A DNA stretch of 64,000 nucleotides from Kondoa subrosea (Eukaryota): positions 1,439,118-1,503,117 of the forward strand of contig BCIN01000002.1 of assembly GCA_039545335.1 (NCBI GenBank), written 5' to 3'. Of this stretch, positions 1 to 13,524 are shown in pieces. The notes beneath the pieces were generated by a model. The model had not been told where the DNA came from, ran no database searches, and saw nothing but the letters and a program-made list of their open reading frames with translations. Position 1 is the stretch's first letter, and each line of letters begins with the position of its first letter. Both the position numbers and the translations under genes were made by a program.

Positions 1-152
1 CATCACGGATCGGTTCGACGGATCAACCGCTTTTTGCTGCATCTGGCCCGAAAGTGTCGGATATAGGCCTTGACGAGGAGAGGTGGATCTGATCTTGACT
101 GCTTCTCTCCCTACCGTCATCTATACTATATTCTAGACAAAGCTATCGAATC

Positions 153-2070
153 ATGCCTGCCTCAACCACTCATGCAGATGTTATTGTAGTCGGTCCGTTT
201 GCACGCTATCATCGGGATGAGCTATACTCAATCGAGATCGTCTAGGAGCTGGCCCTGTTGGATGTCTCGTACTTGCTCGCTTGGCTCAAGCTGGTTTGAA
301 AGTTATTGGTCTAGAGAAGGTCCGTTTGCTTTGTGTTAGCCAGTGGTGCGGACAGCTCATCAGTGGCTAGGCACCTGAAATCCCACATCAGGCGAAAGCG
401 ACGCACTACGCACCTACGTCAGTAAAGCAGCTCTTCCAGTACAAGCTCTGCTCATGCTTTCGCTACTGTTCTTTAGCGCTGTGTTAGAATTAGATAAAGC
501 TGGAGTAGTCGATGAGTGCAGGAAGCGCGCAAAGGGATTCAATCCGACATCAGTATGCTGGCGAGATCTGAAGATGAAGTGAGTATGACATCGGGTCTCA
601 TTAACAAGGTGCTGAGTATTTGGTAGCATGATTGGTCAGATGGGCTTCAATCCAGATAAGACAGTGAAGAAGCATGATATGGTCTGCCTACCGCAGAAGG
701 AGCTTTGCACGTTCGCTGGTTCCTTCTCCGTCCCAGTCATTGCAAGCTGATTCCGTATACAGTATTCTGACAGAGAAGATGAGCGAGCACAAGAACGCTT
801 CGATACTTTTCAACCACGAAGTCACAGCACTGGAACAAGATGACAAATCTGTGACGCTTACAGTACTTGATTCACAATCCGGGGAGGAGAAGACTTTCAC
901 TGCGGACTATGTGGTATGCTTAACGCTTATAGACTCGGTAATCTTGGCTCAGTGCGCTCTTCAGGTCGGCGCAGACGGAGGAAGAGGAAAGATGCGCAAG
1001 CTGATCGGTCAATCACTGTAAGTTGTTTGATGTAGGATAAGAGAACAAGACTGAACAGAGTTGACAGGGTCGGATACACATGGGATGAGTAAGTGTCAAT
1101 ATGTATCTTAATGATATCTCGCTGATCGCTGGAACAGTCAAATCGTGGCCACCAACGTTATCTTCGATTTCTACAAGTATTTGCCTGATCTCGACTCGAA
1201 CTTCATCATCGATCCAGAACACTGGGTCATGTTTGCCAAAATTCAGGTATGCCGCTTTGCGAGACGCAACAAGCAAGCTAATATCTCGAACGCTAGAATG
1301 ACCCCGAGATCTGGTGAGCATATCATGAGATCGATCTGCTTCTTGCTGACTAGAAACTATGCTAGGCGAGTATCCTATGGTGAAAAGACTGGCATGACAG
1401 ACGAACAGCTTCGGGAACGATTGGAAATGAAATTCGAAGCTTTCTTACCTGGACCAAAACCTTCGAAAGGTTCATACGAAGTCAAAGCTTTCTCACCTTA
1501 CAAGATCCATCAACGATGTGTGGAGAATATGGCTGTGGGAAGAGTAGCTTTGGCTGGGGATGCTGCTCACCTTGTAAACCCCTTCGGCGGAACTGGATTG
1601 ACTGGGGGCATGGTAAGCTATCTTAACCTCACTTTTTGCCAGGTACTGATAATATGAATGTGCAGTGCGACGGCGGTAATTTGGCAGACTGTATCATTGC
1701 AATCTACAAAGGCCTAGTGGATCCTCAGTTCATCCTACAGAAGTACTCTGAGGAACGTCGACGGATCTTCAACGAGTTCACCAACCCAGTCTCTACCGCC
1801 AACAAGCTTCGAATGCACAAAGAACCTGAAGACGTGATCAAGAACGATCCATTTATTGCCGTTCTGCACAGAAACGATCAGGAAGAGATAGCAAAGATCG
1901 GCGCAGGCAGTTGGGCAATGCAGCACGATTTGTGAGTAACTCACCGTACGAGTCTCGCGATCAAGGCTGATTTATCTGGAATTAGCTCGCAATATTTCAA
2001 TAAAGGATCAGTCACCAATGTCGAACCTCAAAAAGACGCCCAGTCAGTGCCAGACGCCTCTATTGTTTAG
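153..2070 (+). CDS. FAD-dependent monooxygenase (aromatic hydroxylase-type, FAD_binding_3), multi-exon
   Basis: Spliced N-terminus DVIVVG|AGPVG (Rossmann GxGxxG), VGADGGRG (DG motif) and RVALAGDAAHLVNPFGGTGLTGG (GD motif); about 10 short GT-AG introns; stop TAG at 2068-2070. Confidence 0.9.
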
Positions 2071-2295
2071 TAGCATGATGTATCACCGTGTAATACTTTG
2101 TTAGAAGTGCATTCTGTTCTTGTGACACATCATTGCGCTTTGCTACCCTTAGTGATTTGAACGAATAGTAGGCAGTAAAGAAGCATTGATGCTCGAAAAA
2201 GCAAGGAGACCGTTGGAGACAGGCTAACATATACATTGACCACCTTCTGCTGTCAATCCGACTGCGCTTTTGATCTTCCAAATACACCCGCTCTT

Positions 2296-3363
2296 TCACT
2301 CCATATCCATATCGTCTCCACCTGCTGCTGCTGTAGGCGCTGTCTTTGTCTTGCCTCTCAATCTGGCCAGCTCTTTCAAATCCGGGACAAAGCCTGTGTC
2401 AATTCATTTCAGCATCCCCGTCTTTTATAACTTAATGGATGTACTCACCCTCATCTAAACTCCTTTGCAATCTCTTTATTTCTTCAATAGAAGTAGCAGC
2501 TTCAATAGCCTGCTTGATGACTTCTTTATCTTTACTCGTCAACAACCTTCCTTTGTTTTCTTCCGCTCCGTTTTCTGTTTGACCAGGTCGGAAGGTTTTA
2601 CCATTCGTCGCTGGTACAGCAGCAGCCGCGGAAGAAGTGGTGGAAGAAGAAATGGATTGAGCTAAAGCAGTATATTCTTTCTTTGCATCCAAGAACAGCG
2701 AAGCAGCTTGTTTACGTTCCTGTACGGCACTTTACTTCAGTAACTGTATCTCACAGTTTCCTGAATAAGAGGCACGGCACCTTCTCTTTGATTTTATCGA
2801 AATCCAATACTCGCAAGTTCTTCAATCTGAAAATCAACCAAAGTCGATAATGTTGTTGAGAAGAAACGGGTGTGCCTTTTAGTGAGAGGAATTCTAAATG
2901 CCGACATGATGCTAATGGATCTAGATCGGCCAAATCTTTGATCTATCAAAGCCGGGACGTATCAGCACTCGACTATATGACCGGAATAGCATGGGAGAAC
3001 TCACTTGAGTAGAAGTCAAGATGAGGGAAGAGAGATTAGGTAGCGCTCTACTCAGATTTGGTGAAATGGTTGTTATTGGGTTTGCTGAAAGAAGCAAAGA
3101 CTTGAGTCGAGGTAATTGTGGTAGGTTAGATAAAGAAGTGATGCTGTTATCCGATAAATCAATGCAATCCAGTTGATTCTTGGTTACACCCAAATTCTCG
3201 ATTGCTGGAATATTGAGTCCTGCATGACAATCATTCGTTTGAGCTCTCAGTGGAAAATAAGTGTAGAGGGTGTGGCCGAACCTCTGAGATCCAATTCACG
3301 GTCCTTCAGAGGATTTAAATACGATTCCTTGGTCAAAAGCAAGTCTGCTGTGAGTTTGACCAT
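2296..3363 (-). CDS. LEA1: U2 snRNP A' protein (leucine-rich repeat)
   Basis: MVKLTADLLLTKESYLNPLKDRELDLRG start, LRRs (IDLSDNSITSLSNLPQLPRLKSLLLSANPI), YRLWLIFRLKNLRVLDFDKIK LRR cap, C-terminal IKQAIEAATSIEEIKRLQRSL. Confidence 0.93.
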
Positions 3364-3761
3364 TTTGACTCTTCAACGCTTCCAATTGACTTTGTAAGGT
3401 GTATCTAAGGCTAGTCGTAGCCGAGGTATACAGGCCTAGAGGTAACACAGCCAAAAGAAAGGGTATTGGGTCGTTTCGTGAAGAGCAGCACAAGGTTGAA
3501 AATTAACGTCGACCCGCATCTGCTGGGAGCTGAATTCCACATGAAGATGTAGTGCCAGGCTTTGTACTACACGTCGAATGCTTTTCGCAGGATTATTGAT
3601 GCAAATCTGAGATTCGAGCATTTGCAACTTGAGTCCGCTTGAGTAAATGTCTCTTTAGGGCTGTCCCAGTCTGCCCTATGTTCTTTTACCTTGTTGATCG
3701 TCCTCCGTTCTTCTCTGTCATCAGCTCAGTCTTGCTTCTGTTCTTTATATTTCTTTTATCT

Positions 3762-5036
3762 ATGTACAACGACATGACCTTTTCCCCATCGTCAAATACA
3801 GGGCAGACTCTTGGTACGCTCGATTCGGCTCGAATCCGATGTATCTCAGTTATATCTTATGCATTCGTTCAGTTGATGCCAAAGTTCGAGCTAGTTTACT
3901 TTGTCTAGCTATCGGAGACGCACTAGGTATGATGTGCTTTATGAACGCGTTCGTTCCGCAAAGCTGATCTTTATCACGAAGGTGCGCCAGCGGAATTTGC
4001 TAGTCGTCCTGCTGCCAAAGCGATGAATATTTCTGAGATGTGGGTCTTCCTACAGCCGTTTGTCCCATCTAATAGGATGCTAAGGATGCTACACAAGACT
4101 TTCAATCTACCGAAAGGTTATTGGACGGATGACACATCTCAAACCTTATGTCTCGCTGCTTCTTTGGTTGCTTGTAAGGGTCAACTCAATCTGCAAGATC
4201 TCGTCAAACGATTTGTAAGTCAATCTTCGACGGTTACAGAGGAATATTAACGCAGAGTAGATTGCATGGAAGGAAGAAGGCTATCTCAGTTCGACAGACT
4301 ATTGCTTCGATATCGGCAACGCGACTCGTCAATCTCTCGACATATTCTCGCGCGGCAGTTCTTTCCCCTCAGCTCAAGCTCAAGTGAACGCTGCTCTCTC
4401 AGTATCAAGCAAGGGTAATGGCTCTCTTAAGCGATGTTCTCCCATCGGTCTCGCTTTCTACTCAAAACCAGAGCAAGCGATTCAATATGCTGCTCTGCAA
4501 TCTACTCCCACGCACCCAAACGAAGCATGTAAAGAAGCATGTGTACTCTATACAGCGCTCCTATGCAAGATTCTTCATTCCGCTTTCACTTCTGCTTCAT
4601 GCTCGAAAGAAGACTTACTAAACTTTATAGCTACTTTTCCCTTGAAAACTCCAGAAATGCAAGCTCGTTTCAGCTATCCTGTCAATTCACATCCTTTACT
4701 TCGGAAAAAAGGAAAAAAGAAAACGAAATCAAAACTTCTGGTTATGTGATAAATAGTTTGGAAGCAGTCTGTTGCTATTTCTTCAATACTGCAAATTTTC
4801 AAGAAGGTTTACTTGGATTGATCAGTTGTGGTGATGATGCGGATACAACTGCCGCGATTTATGGTGCCTTAGCTGGAGCGTTTTATGCGGGACAAGATTC
4901 GTTTTGGTCGGACAGGATGGAAAGGTGGAAGAAGGATTTGGTGAAATTGGACGTGTTGGAGTGGTTTGCTGATGCGCTTGTGAGATTGGGTAGAGGAGAA
5001 GAGCTTGAATTGCCTGCTCATCTGGATATGGATTGA
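3762..5036 (+). CDS. ADP-ribosylglycohydrolase (ARH/DraG family) with an internal frameshift at ~4703-4719; may be a pseudogene, recoded, or an assembly error
   Basis: Motifs LAIGDALG, YWTDDTSQ, GNGSLKR and GDDADTTAAIYGALAGA are present. The GNG-containing frame (4384-4749) and the DADT-containing frame (4539-5036) differ by -1, with no plausible intron between them. Confidence 0.85.
4703..4718 (+). repeat. 8-bp tandem duplication (GGAAAAAA)x2 inside the ARH coding sequence
   Basis: Sequence reads cGGAAAAAA GGAAAAAA gaaaac; deleting one copy restores the frame (LRKKENEIKTSGY). Confidence 0.85.
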
Positions 5037-5360
5037 AGTACTGTGGTCAGTCGGTTGACTCATTCCATAGCGCTACTGATGGTTGAAAGCAGAAGTTGCA
5101 GGTATTCAGCTCGTTTGCGCGAGCTGAAGACTTCAGAGCGTCGTTGAAGACCTTCAGTTTCAGCTTCCGCAGATTGTTTTCGCTTTGAGTACACAATGAA
5201 CGCCTTAATCTGTGATTGCGCGTATTGTCTGCATCACAAAGGCCAGCGCTAGTAGCGCAGTCGACACCGGGTTGAATGCATTGATCGCTCAGAGTGACAA
5301 ATCCTGCGCTTGTCCTGCACCTATACCTTGACCTGTCATACCCTTCCTTCTCAAGCAGGC

Positions 5361-7426
5361 ATGGCAGACCAGCAGATGAGCAACGGCTACGAGCATGGTA
5401 GGTTCTTCGTCTCGTACAGCTCTGCTCAGAATAACTCGCGTTCGAAACCGACTCGCATATGATCAAGCTGCATCTGCCTTCGCTGCCTCATGACCAAGCT
5501 CCGCACTACCTATATTGCACTATGTCGCTGCTGTGTCATTCTCCTCGTCTATCTTTTCCTTCAAAACGCTCGACCCCCTTTCACCTCTCGCATGAGCCTA
5601 AAGCTAATTCTTGTCTTTCGCTTTTAGAACCTCAGTCAAACGGACAGCAATACGAATACGATGAGAATGAAGCCCATCAAAGACAAATGCAACAAGAACA
5701 GCAGCAGCAGCAGCAACATTCTGAATCGAATGGTCCTGCTTCTATTCCTAGAAGACGGTTAGCTGGATTTGTTGGGTTCGCGAATCGTCAGTCCTTGTCG
5801 GATTCTCTACTTGAAGAGTAGTGTTTGAGCACAGGGATTTGACAGTGCCGAATCAAGTTCATCGAAAAGCTACGAGGAAAGGATTTAACTTCACAGCTAG
5901 TGCGTGATAGATGCATTGAGCTGTCTGCAGCTCATCCTGCATCTCTTTGTACAGTGGTTGTTGGTGAATCGGCATTGGGCAAATCTACTCTGATCAACAC
6001 ACTCTTCAACACTCAACTTTACGCCAAGAAAGAACCTCTACCACCGCATGCTGAGCGACCAAGAACAGTCGCCATCGAATCGATAAGTGCAGGTTCGTAG
6101 GATCGTTCGAGGACTTCGGCTTTTGCTGATTCCTCGGTTCCGACAAACAGACATTCAAGAAAGCGGCGTTCGTCTTCGCTTGACAGTAGTCGACACACCA
6201 GGCTATGGTGATTTCGTCAACAACGAAGAATCCTGGCAACCCATTCTAGCCAACATTGAAGCTCGCTTTGATTCTTACCTAGAACAAGAAAACCGAGTCA
6301 ACCGAAACAAATTGGTCGACAATCGGATTCATGCTTTGATCTATTTCATTGAACCTACAGGGCATGCACTCAAACCTGTTGATGTGGAATTCATGAAGAG
6401 GTTGCATACAAAAGTGAATTTGATTCCGGTCATTGCCAAAGCGGATACAATGACTGAAGAAGAGATTGTCGCTTTCAAACAACGTGTAGGTGGCTCTCTG
6501 GCTTTGCTGTTGAATACAGCTCAGTTCGTGGGTCCTGCTACAGATCCTGGCTGATATTGCTCATCATCAAATTCAAATCTTCCAAGCACCTCAATATGAT
6601 GAAGAAGATGAAGAAACCATCGCAGAGAATGAGGAAATCATGGTCAGTTTGGTCACCGTGAATCAGAATTTAGCTGATTCCCAGGCTACCACACTGACAG
6701 AGGAAGATCCCTTTTGCAATCGTCGGTTCTGACCAAGAAATTGATACACCTGATGGCAGGAAAGTTCGAGGTCGTCGTTATCCTTGGGGAACAATCGAAG
6801 TTGACAACGAAGATCATTGCGATTTGTGAGCATTCCCGGATGCATCAGTGTGAAGTACTGATCACAACATCTGGAATTCTTACAGTGTTAAACTTCGTCA
6901 AATGTTGATTAGAACTCATATGGAAGAACTGAAGGAACACACAAACAACACACTCTACGAACGATACAGATCTGACAAATTGCTCAGTATGGGTGTAACT
7001 CAAGATTCTTCCGTTTTCAAGGAAATCAAGTGGGTTGTTCCAAGTTCGCTTCTCAGAGTAATTTCTGATTAGCATATCGGATCTCCCTACAGCCCAGCAG
7101 CCAAGATGGCGGAAGAACGTTTAGTACATGAACAGAAACTAGCTAAAATGGAAGCCGAGATGAAGATGGTTTTCCAACAGAAAGTGAATGAAAAGGAATC
7201 TAAACTCAAGCAATCTGAAGAAGAGTTGTACGCTCGTCACAGGGAGATGAAAGAAGCGTGAGCACTTTGTCGGTAATCTTCTTGGAAGTCTATTCACACC
7301 AGTGTTCACAGACTCGATACTCAACGAGCGGATTTGATGGCTAAGAAGAGCAAGCTGGAAAGTGGAGGTCGTCTTTCACCAGAAGGCAAAGGTAGTAAGA
7401 AGAAGGGTTTCTTGGGAAACAGATAG
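5361..7426 (+). CDS. CDC3: Septin, Cdc3/AspB group
   Basis: GFVGFANLPNQVHRK, P-loop GESALGKST, LTVVDTPGYGD, IPVIAKAD, RGRRYPWG and a C-terminal coiled coil. The first exon MADQQMSNGYEH (5361-5397) splices in frame to 5628. Confidence 0.9.
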
Positions 7427-7787
7427 AGAAAGCTTGAGGTGCGTTGCCGCATCGGAACATCAGGATTTATCTGATGTTGAAGCATGCCCACGCACAGTGG
7501 TCGTCTCTTTATATCTCGCATTGGTACATCCTCTTCTCTTATCGTTTACCCAATACCTCTTACTCTCAATACCGTCGACTTCTTTTGGTTCGTGCTTTGG
7601 AAATCTCTCGTTGCTTTATGTTTTTGGGCAAACCGTAATCTTTGTGCTGGGAAGGAATGAATGGAAATGCTATTTAAGAATCTACCATCTGCAATGCCAG
7701 TCATGCAAAAGTGTAAGACTTGACTTGACCGCGCGGGACAATTCGCGCTCGTTCGCACAGCCTTTACTTGTTGACTAGCACGACGAA

Positions 7788-9414
7788 ATGATTTCCTCTG
7801 CCGCACCTATATTCAGCGTCGGTAGACAGGCAGCAGGACGACAGCAAGCTCGTACAGCTGCTAGAGCTTTGTCGAGTTCTGCTAAAGTGTCAAGTTATGA
7901 ATCTACTATTGGGAATTTGAGGATTAACAAGGATACCAAGCTGCTCGTACAGGTCAGTGCTATTGTCACACGTCTGCTCTGTGTGAGCCGTGACTGATAT
8001 TTGCTTCTGCCAGGGTTTCACGGGAAAGACTGTATGCATGAACTTGCATCTTATACTTGGATGCTTAATCATCTGACTGGATGGCAGGCTACATTCCATA
8101 CTAAAGAAGCTCTTACATATGGAACCAAAGTCGTTGGAGGTGTTTCACCAAAGAAAGCAGGCCAAGAACATTTAGGTCTGCCCGTCTTTGGTTCAGTCAA
8201 AGATGTGCGTTACCTCGCTCGTCTATTAGCTTACATTGCTGATTTGCGGCTCGGTATTGCGTACAGGCCGTAAGCAAGACTAAACCGGATGCTACTGTTA
8301 TCTATGTTCCACCTCCTCAAGCAGCGGATGCGATCATTGATGCTATTGAAAATGAAATTGGTTTGATTGTAGCTATCACTGAAGGTATTCCTCAACAAGA
8401 TGAAGTTCGTGTACGTTTTCAATCTTTCTTCCCCAAAGCGGATGGGTGGTAATATATACATGCGGAATAGGTCGCTCAAGTATTAAGAGCTCAATCAAAA
8501 TCACGTCTCGTTGGACCAAACTGTCCAGGTATCATGGCACCCGAAAAGGGAGGAGGATGTAAAATCGGTATTATGCCAGGAAACATTTTCTCTCCAGGAA
8601 GCGTTGGAGTAGTTTCCAGATCTGGTACTTTGACTTATGAAGCAGTGGATCAAACTACCAGAGCTGGTCTGGGTCAGACTATTTGTATTGGAATTGGTGG
8701 AGATCCTTTCCCTGGAACACTCACTATCGAAGCTGTCAAGTTCTTCCTTGCTGATGAAGCTACGTATGTCATCGGTCTTCTCAGCAGGAATTTGTTGTCC
8801 GCTCATGCTGATACAGAAAGGGATTGATATGCATTGGCGAGATTGGCGGGACGATGGAGTATGTAGTGTATCCTCGACCAAGAGGAATAGGCTGATATGT
8901 CTACGGACAGAGAGGACGCAGCGGAATACATTCAGCAATATAACACTCAGAACAAACCTGTTGTGTCTTTCATTGCTGGTGTAACGGCACCGCCAGGTCG
9001 ACGAATGTACGGACAGATCGAAGTATGCTTTAGCTTCAGCTGATTACATTGTTGTTTTGCCGTATAGGGGTCATGCAGGAGCGTAAGTCGATCGGAATTC
9101 TCTTCACCTTCACGTTCTCATGCCTTGCTCCTCCTTCACCTACCAGAATTATCAGCGGCGGAAAAGGAAAAGCTGAAGATAAAGGTAAGCTTTTGTTTTT
9201 GTTCAATTGTGCCATTTCGTGTGATTTGAGCTGATCATACTTGCTACTACCCAGTCCGCGCACTGGAGAAGGCAGGAGCTATCGTTTCAGATTCACCAGC
9301 GAAATTGGGAGCACTCATGAAAGCCGCGGTCAGTTTTGCTTTGGCTTCCGTTCGGGCAAATAACTCAATTACAGCGGACTATGACAGCTCGAAAAACGAT
9401 ACCCCAATGCTTAG
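7788..9414 (+). CDS. LSC1: Succinyl-CoA ligase alpha subunit, mitochondrial
   Basis: Arg/Ala/Ser-rich presequence, [46 protein letters not shown] and the phospho-His motif RRMGHAGA after splicing; the last exon (LEKRYPNA*) is less certain. Confidence 0.95.
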
Positions 9415-9712
9415 AGTCTCAATCGAACAAGAAGTGTTCTGAAAGCTTGATCACCTCGCAAATGGAACAGAGCGACTTGGCGCAAAAATTCATTCGGGCT
9501 GTATACGCGGAAATACATAGAGCTTCTGTGACATCGTAGCCTCTATTGAGCACATTTTTACTGAGACTGTTCGACGAAGTAGATTATTTGAACATTCTAT
9601 TCTTTCGCGCCTCCTTGATCTTAACCACCGCCTGACACGTTCGACGCAGAGCTATATATTCAGAGATTTTCATACGACACCTATACGAGACCACGACTGC
9701 TTATAATCCACG

Positions 9713-11253
<1,541 letters not shown>

Positions 11254-12033
11254 GTGTGTACAATATGAAGAGAGTGCCGAGGGAGTAGATTTGGGTTTTG
11301 CGATGTTTGCATGCATGTTTGTCGTTTTGTTCTGTGAGTACTAATCTATCTGTCTTTCTGTCTGTCTTGTTCCCCTCTGCCGTTGATTACTGTTTCAGTA
11401 CTTCTAGCACTTGCGCTATTATTACTCTATCCTCTTTATAAGTCACCTCTTTGTGCACATCAGCTATTGCTACCCATTTTGAAGCTTGCACCTCTTCAGC
11501 CTGCAACTTCACCTCTTGCCCCGCTTTCACGAAGCCAATCCAATATCTTACATCCTTTTGCTTCTTTTTTACTGGATTAAAGTATTCTGATACGAAAGAC
11601 TGTCTTTCATCTATTGAGTCTCTATACTGCTGTCAATACTGATCTATACAGGAAACAAGTTGACGAACAAATGAAGAGCAGTTTCTTCTAGCAATTCCCG
11701 CCTGGCTGAATCCAGGTCTGACTGATCCTCACGCTCCGCGTGACCCTTAGGGAACCCCCATGATTTGCTGATATCACAACGTGAGTAAGCTTTTATATGA
11801 GACGCGACATAACGCGTTGTGAGAGTGAAATGACAAACTCTGTTGCATGTTGAATCAGGAGAACTTCATAGCTAGATCCTTTCCGTAATAGAGGCACGAT
11901 CCCGTAGCTGTGCTCTGTTGCCGCCATTTCTTGCATACAGCACTTCGCCGTTTTGTGTTGACTCGCAGTTTGACTTTGTACGACGAAATACGATTCCCGT
12001 AGCTGCTAAACACCTGGAGCAAGTGGGAAGAAC

Positions 12034-13422
12034 ATGGTTGGATTGATCTCTTCCCTCTTTGGAAGCGCGACACCGCAACAAACGGAAGAAATCAAGGTTG
12101 AGCAAATATTGATCCATCCTGTCAAAAGCGCGAGAGGGATCAGCGTGCAGTCGGCAGAGTATGATCAGAGTATGTGGTATGGGTCTGTTCAGCTATTTCA
12201 TAGCTCAACTATCCGTCGCATGTACAGATGGCTTCAAACTAGACAGACGCTGGATGATAATCGATGCGAAGACTAACAAGTCAGTGATCTTCAGCTATGC
12301 GTACGATTCAATTTCAACGAAACAGGCAGATTCATGACATGTCGCAATATTCCCAAGATGATTCGCATAGAGACAGCTCTCACCGAAACTGAACTACGCC
12401 TGACTGTCCCTAATTCTCCACCTGAATCTTTCACTCTCCCTCTCTATCCTTCTTCTGCTGATCTAGAGGATCTAGAACTCATTGAACCTATTCAACTCTT
12501 TGGTGATCAAGTGAATGGATATGCGGTATCATCAGAGATCGATGAAGCTCTTTCAGTCTTTCTCTCTCATGCCGTTCGATTAGTTATTAAAGGTCCAGAA
12601 AGAAGATTACCAGGTCCTCATGAACCTGATGGTCCTTTGAATTACCCTTCTGAAGAAGCTGGGACGAATTTCCAAGATCAATACCCTATTTTGATCGTTT
12701 CCACTGCATCTTTGAAGAATACTCAAGAAACATTGCAAGAATCTATATTGGGTGGAAAATATAAAGTTGACGGAGTGAATGCGGAAGATTGGGTAGATAC
12801 AGATTTTGGAATTGAGAGATGGAGGCCGAATATACTCGTTTCTGGTGTCAATGAAGCTTGGGAAGAAGATAGTTGGTTATCTGTGCAGGTCGCACAAGAG
12901 GAATTGTATTGTACCGCAAGATGCGGGAGGTGCGGATGTCTTTTCAGTGCTGGCGACTCGGTTGTCTTACTGTCAAGTATCTTCACAGATGTATGGTACC
13001 GAATGTCGATCCAGAGACCGGTGTCAGGCAGAGTAGTCTGCCCTGGTCGTGAGCTCCCTTCATTTTGCCCTTAGCAGGTTCCTGATATGTTCTTTCAGGG
13101 TAATGCAACAGTATCGTCAAAGTGAGTCTTGCGTCTCAGTCTACATGTGATGCTGAGTACCTTTGCAGAGCATTCTGAACTATCGTCATACTGCTTCGGC
13201 ATTAGTAAGCCTTGCTCGCACTTTTTTTCCCCGTTGCTCATCAGTGTTGCAGATGCTGTACCTAAATCCTCGAGCGGTACAATACGCGTTGGCGATGTAG
13301 TCAAGGTGCTGCGGACCACAAATCCAGAAACAAGGTATGCATTGATGCGAATTCCATTTTACATTGCTTACACGGCGGACGCAGAGGAATCATCGTGGAG
13401 CGTAAAGCGTGATCAGGACTGA
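12034..13422 (+). CDS. MOSC-domain protein (mARC/YcbX-like)
   Basis: ILIHPVKSARGISV (MOSC_N), FQDQYPILIVSTASL, RWRPNILVSG, spliced CTARCGR|CMVPNVDPETG, GTIRVGDVVKV. Confidence 0.9.
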
Positions 13423-13524
13423 TAGGTGTCGCATGTGTCATGTTCAACTTGTGGAAATGTAATTTGTGTTGCTCCTCTTGTAACATCCACTTTTACCCGT
13501 CTGCATTTGATACCCCTTGCTAGT

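Noticed and set aside
3540..3630. Short inverted repeats in the LEA1/ARH divergent region (TGTAGT..ACTACA, TGCAAAT..ATTTGCA)
   Set aside because: Stems of 6-7 bp are expected by chance, and there are no tRNA/snRNA/snoRNA box motifs.
5961..5990. Septin P-loop GESALGKS instead of GESGLGKS
   Set aside because: The GxxxxGKS consensus is retained; this is a minor substitution.
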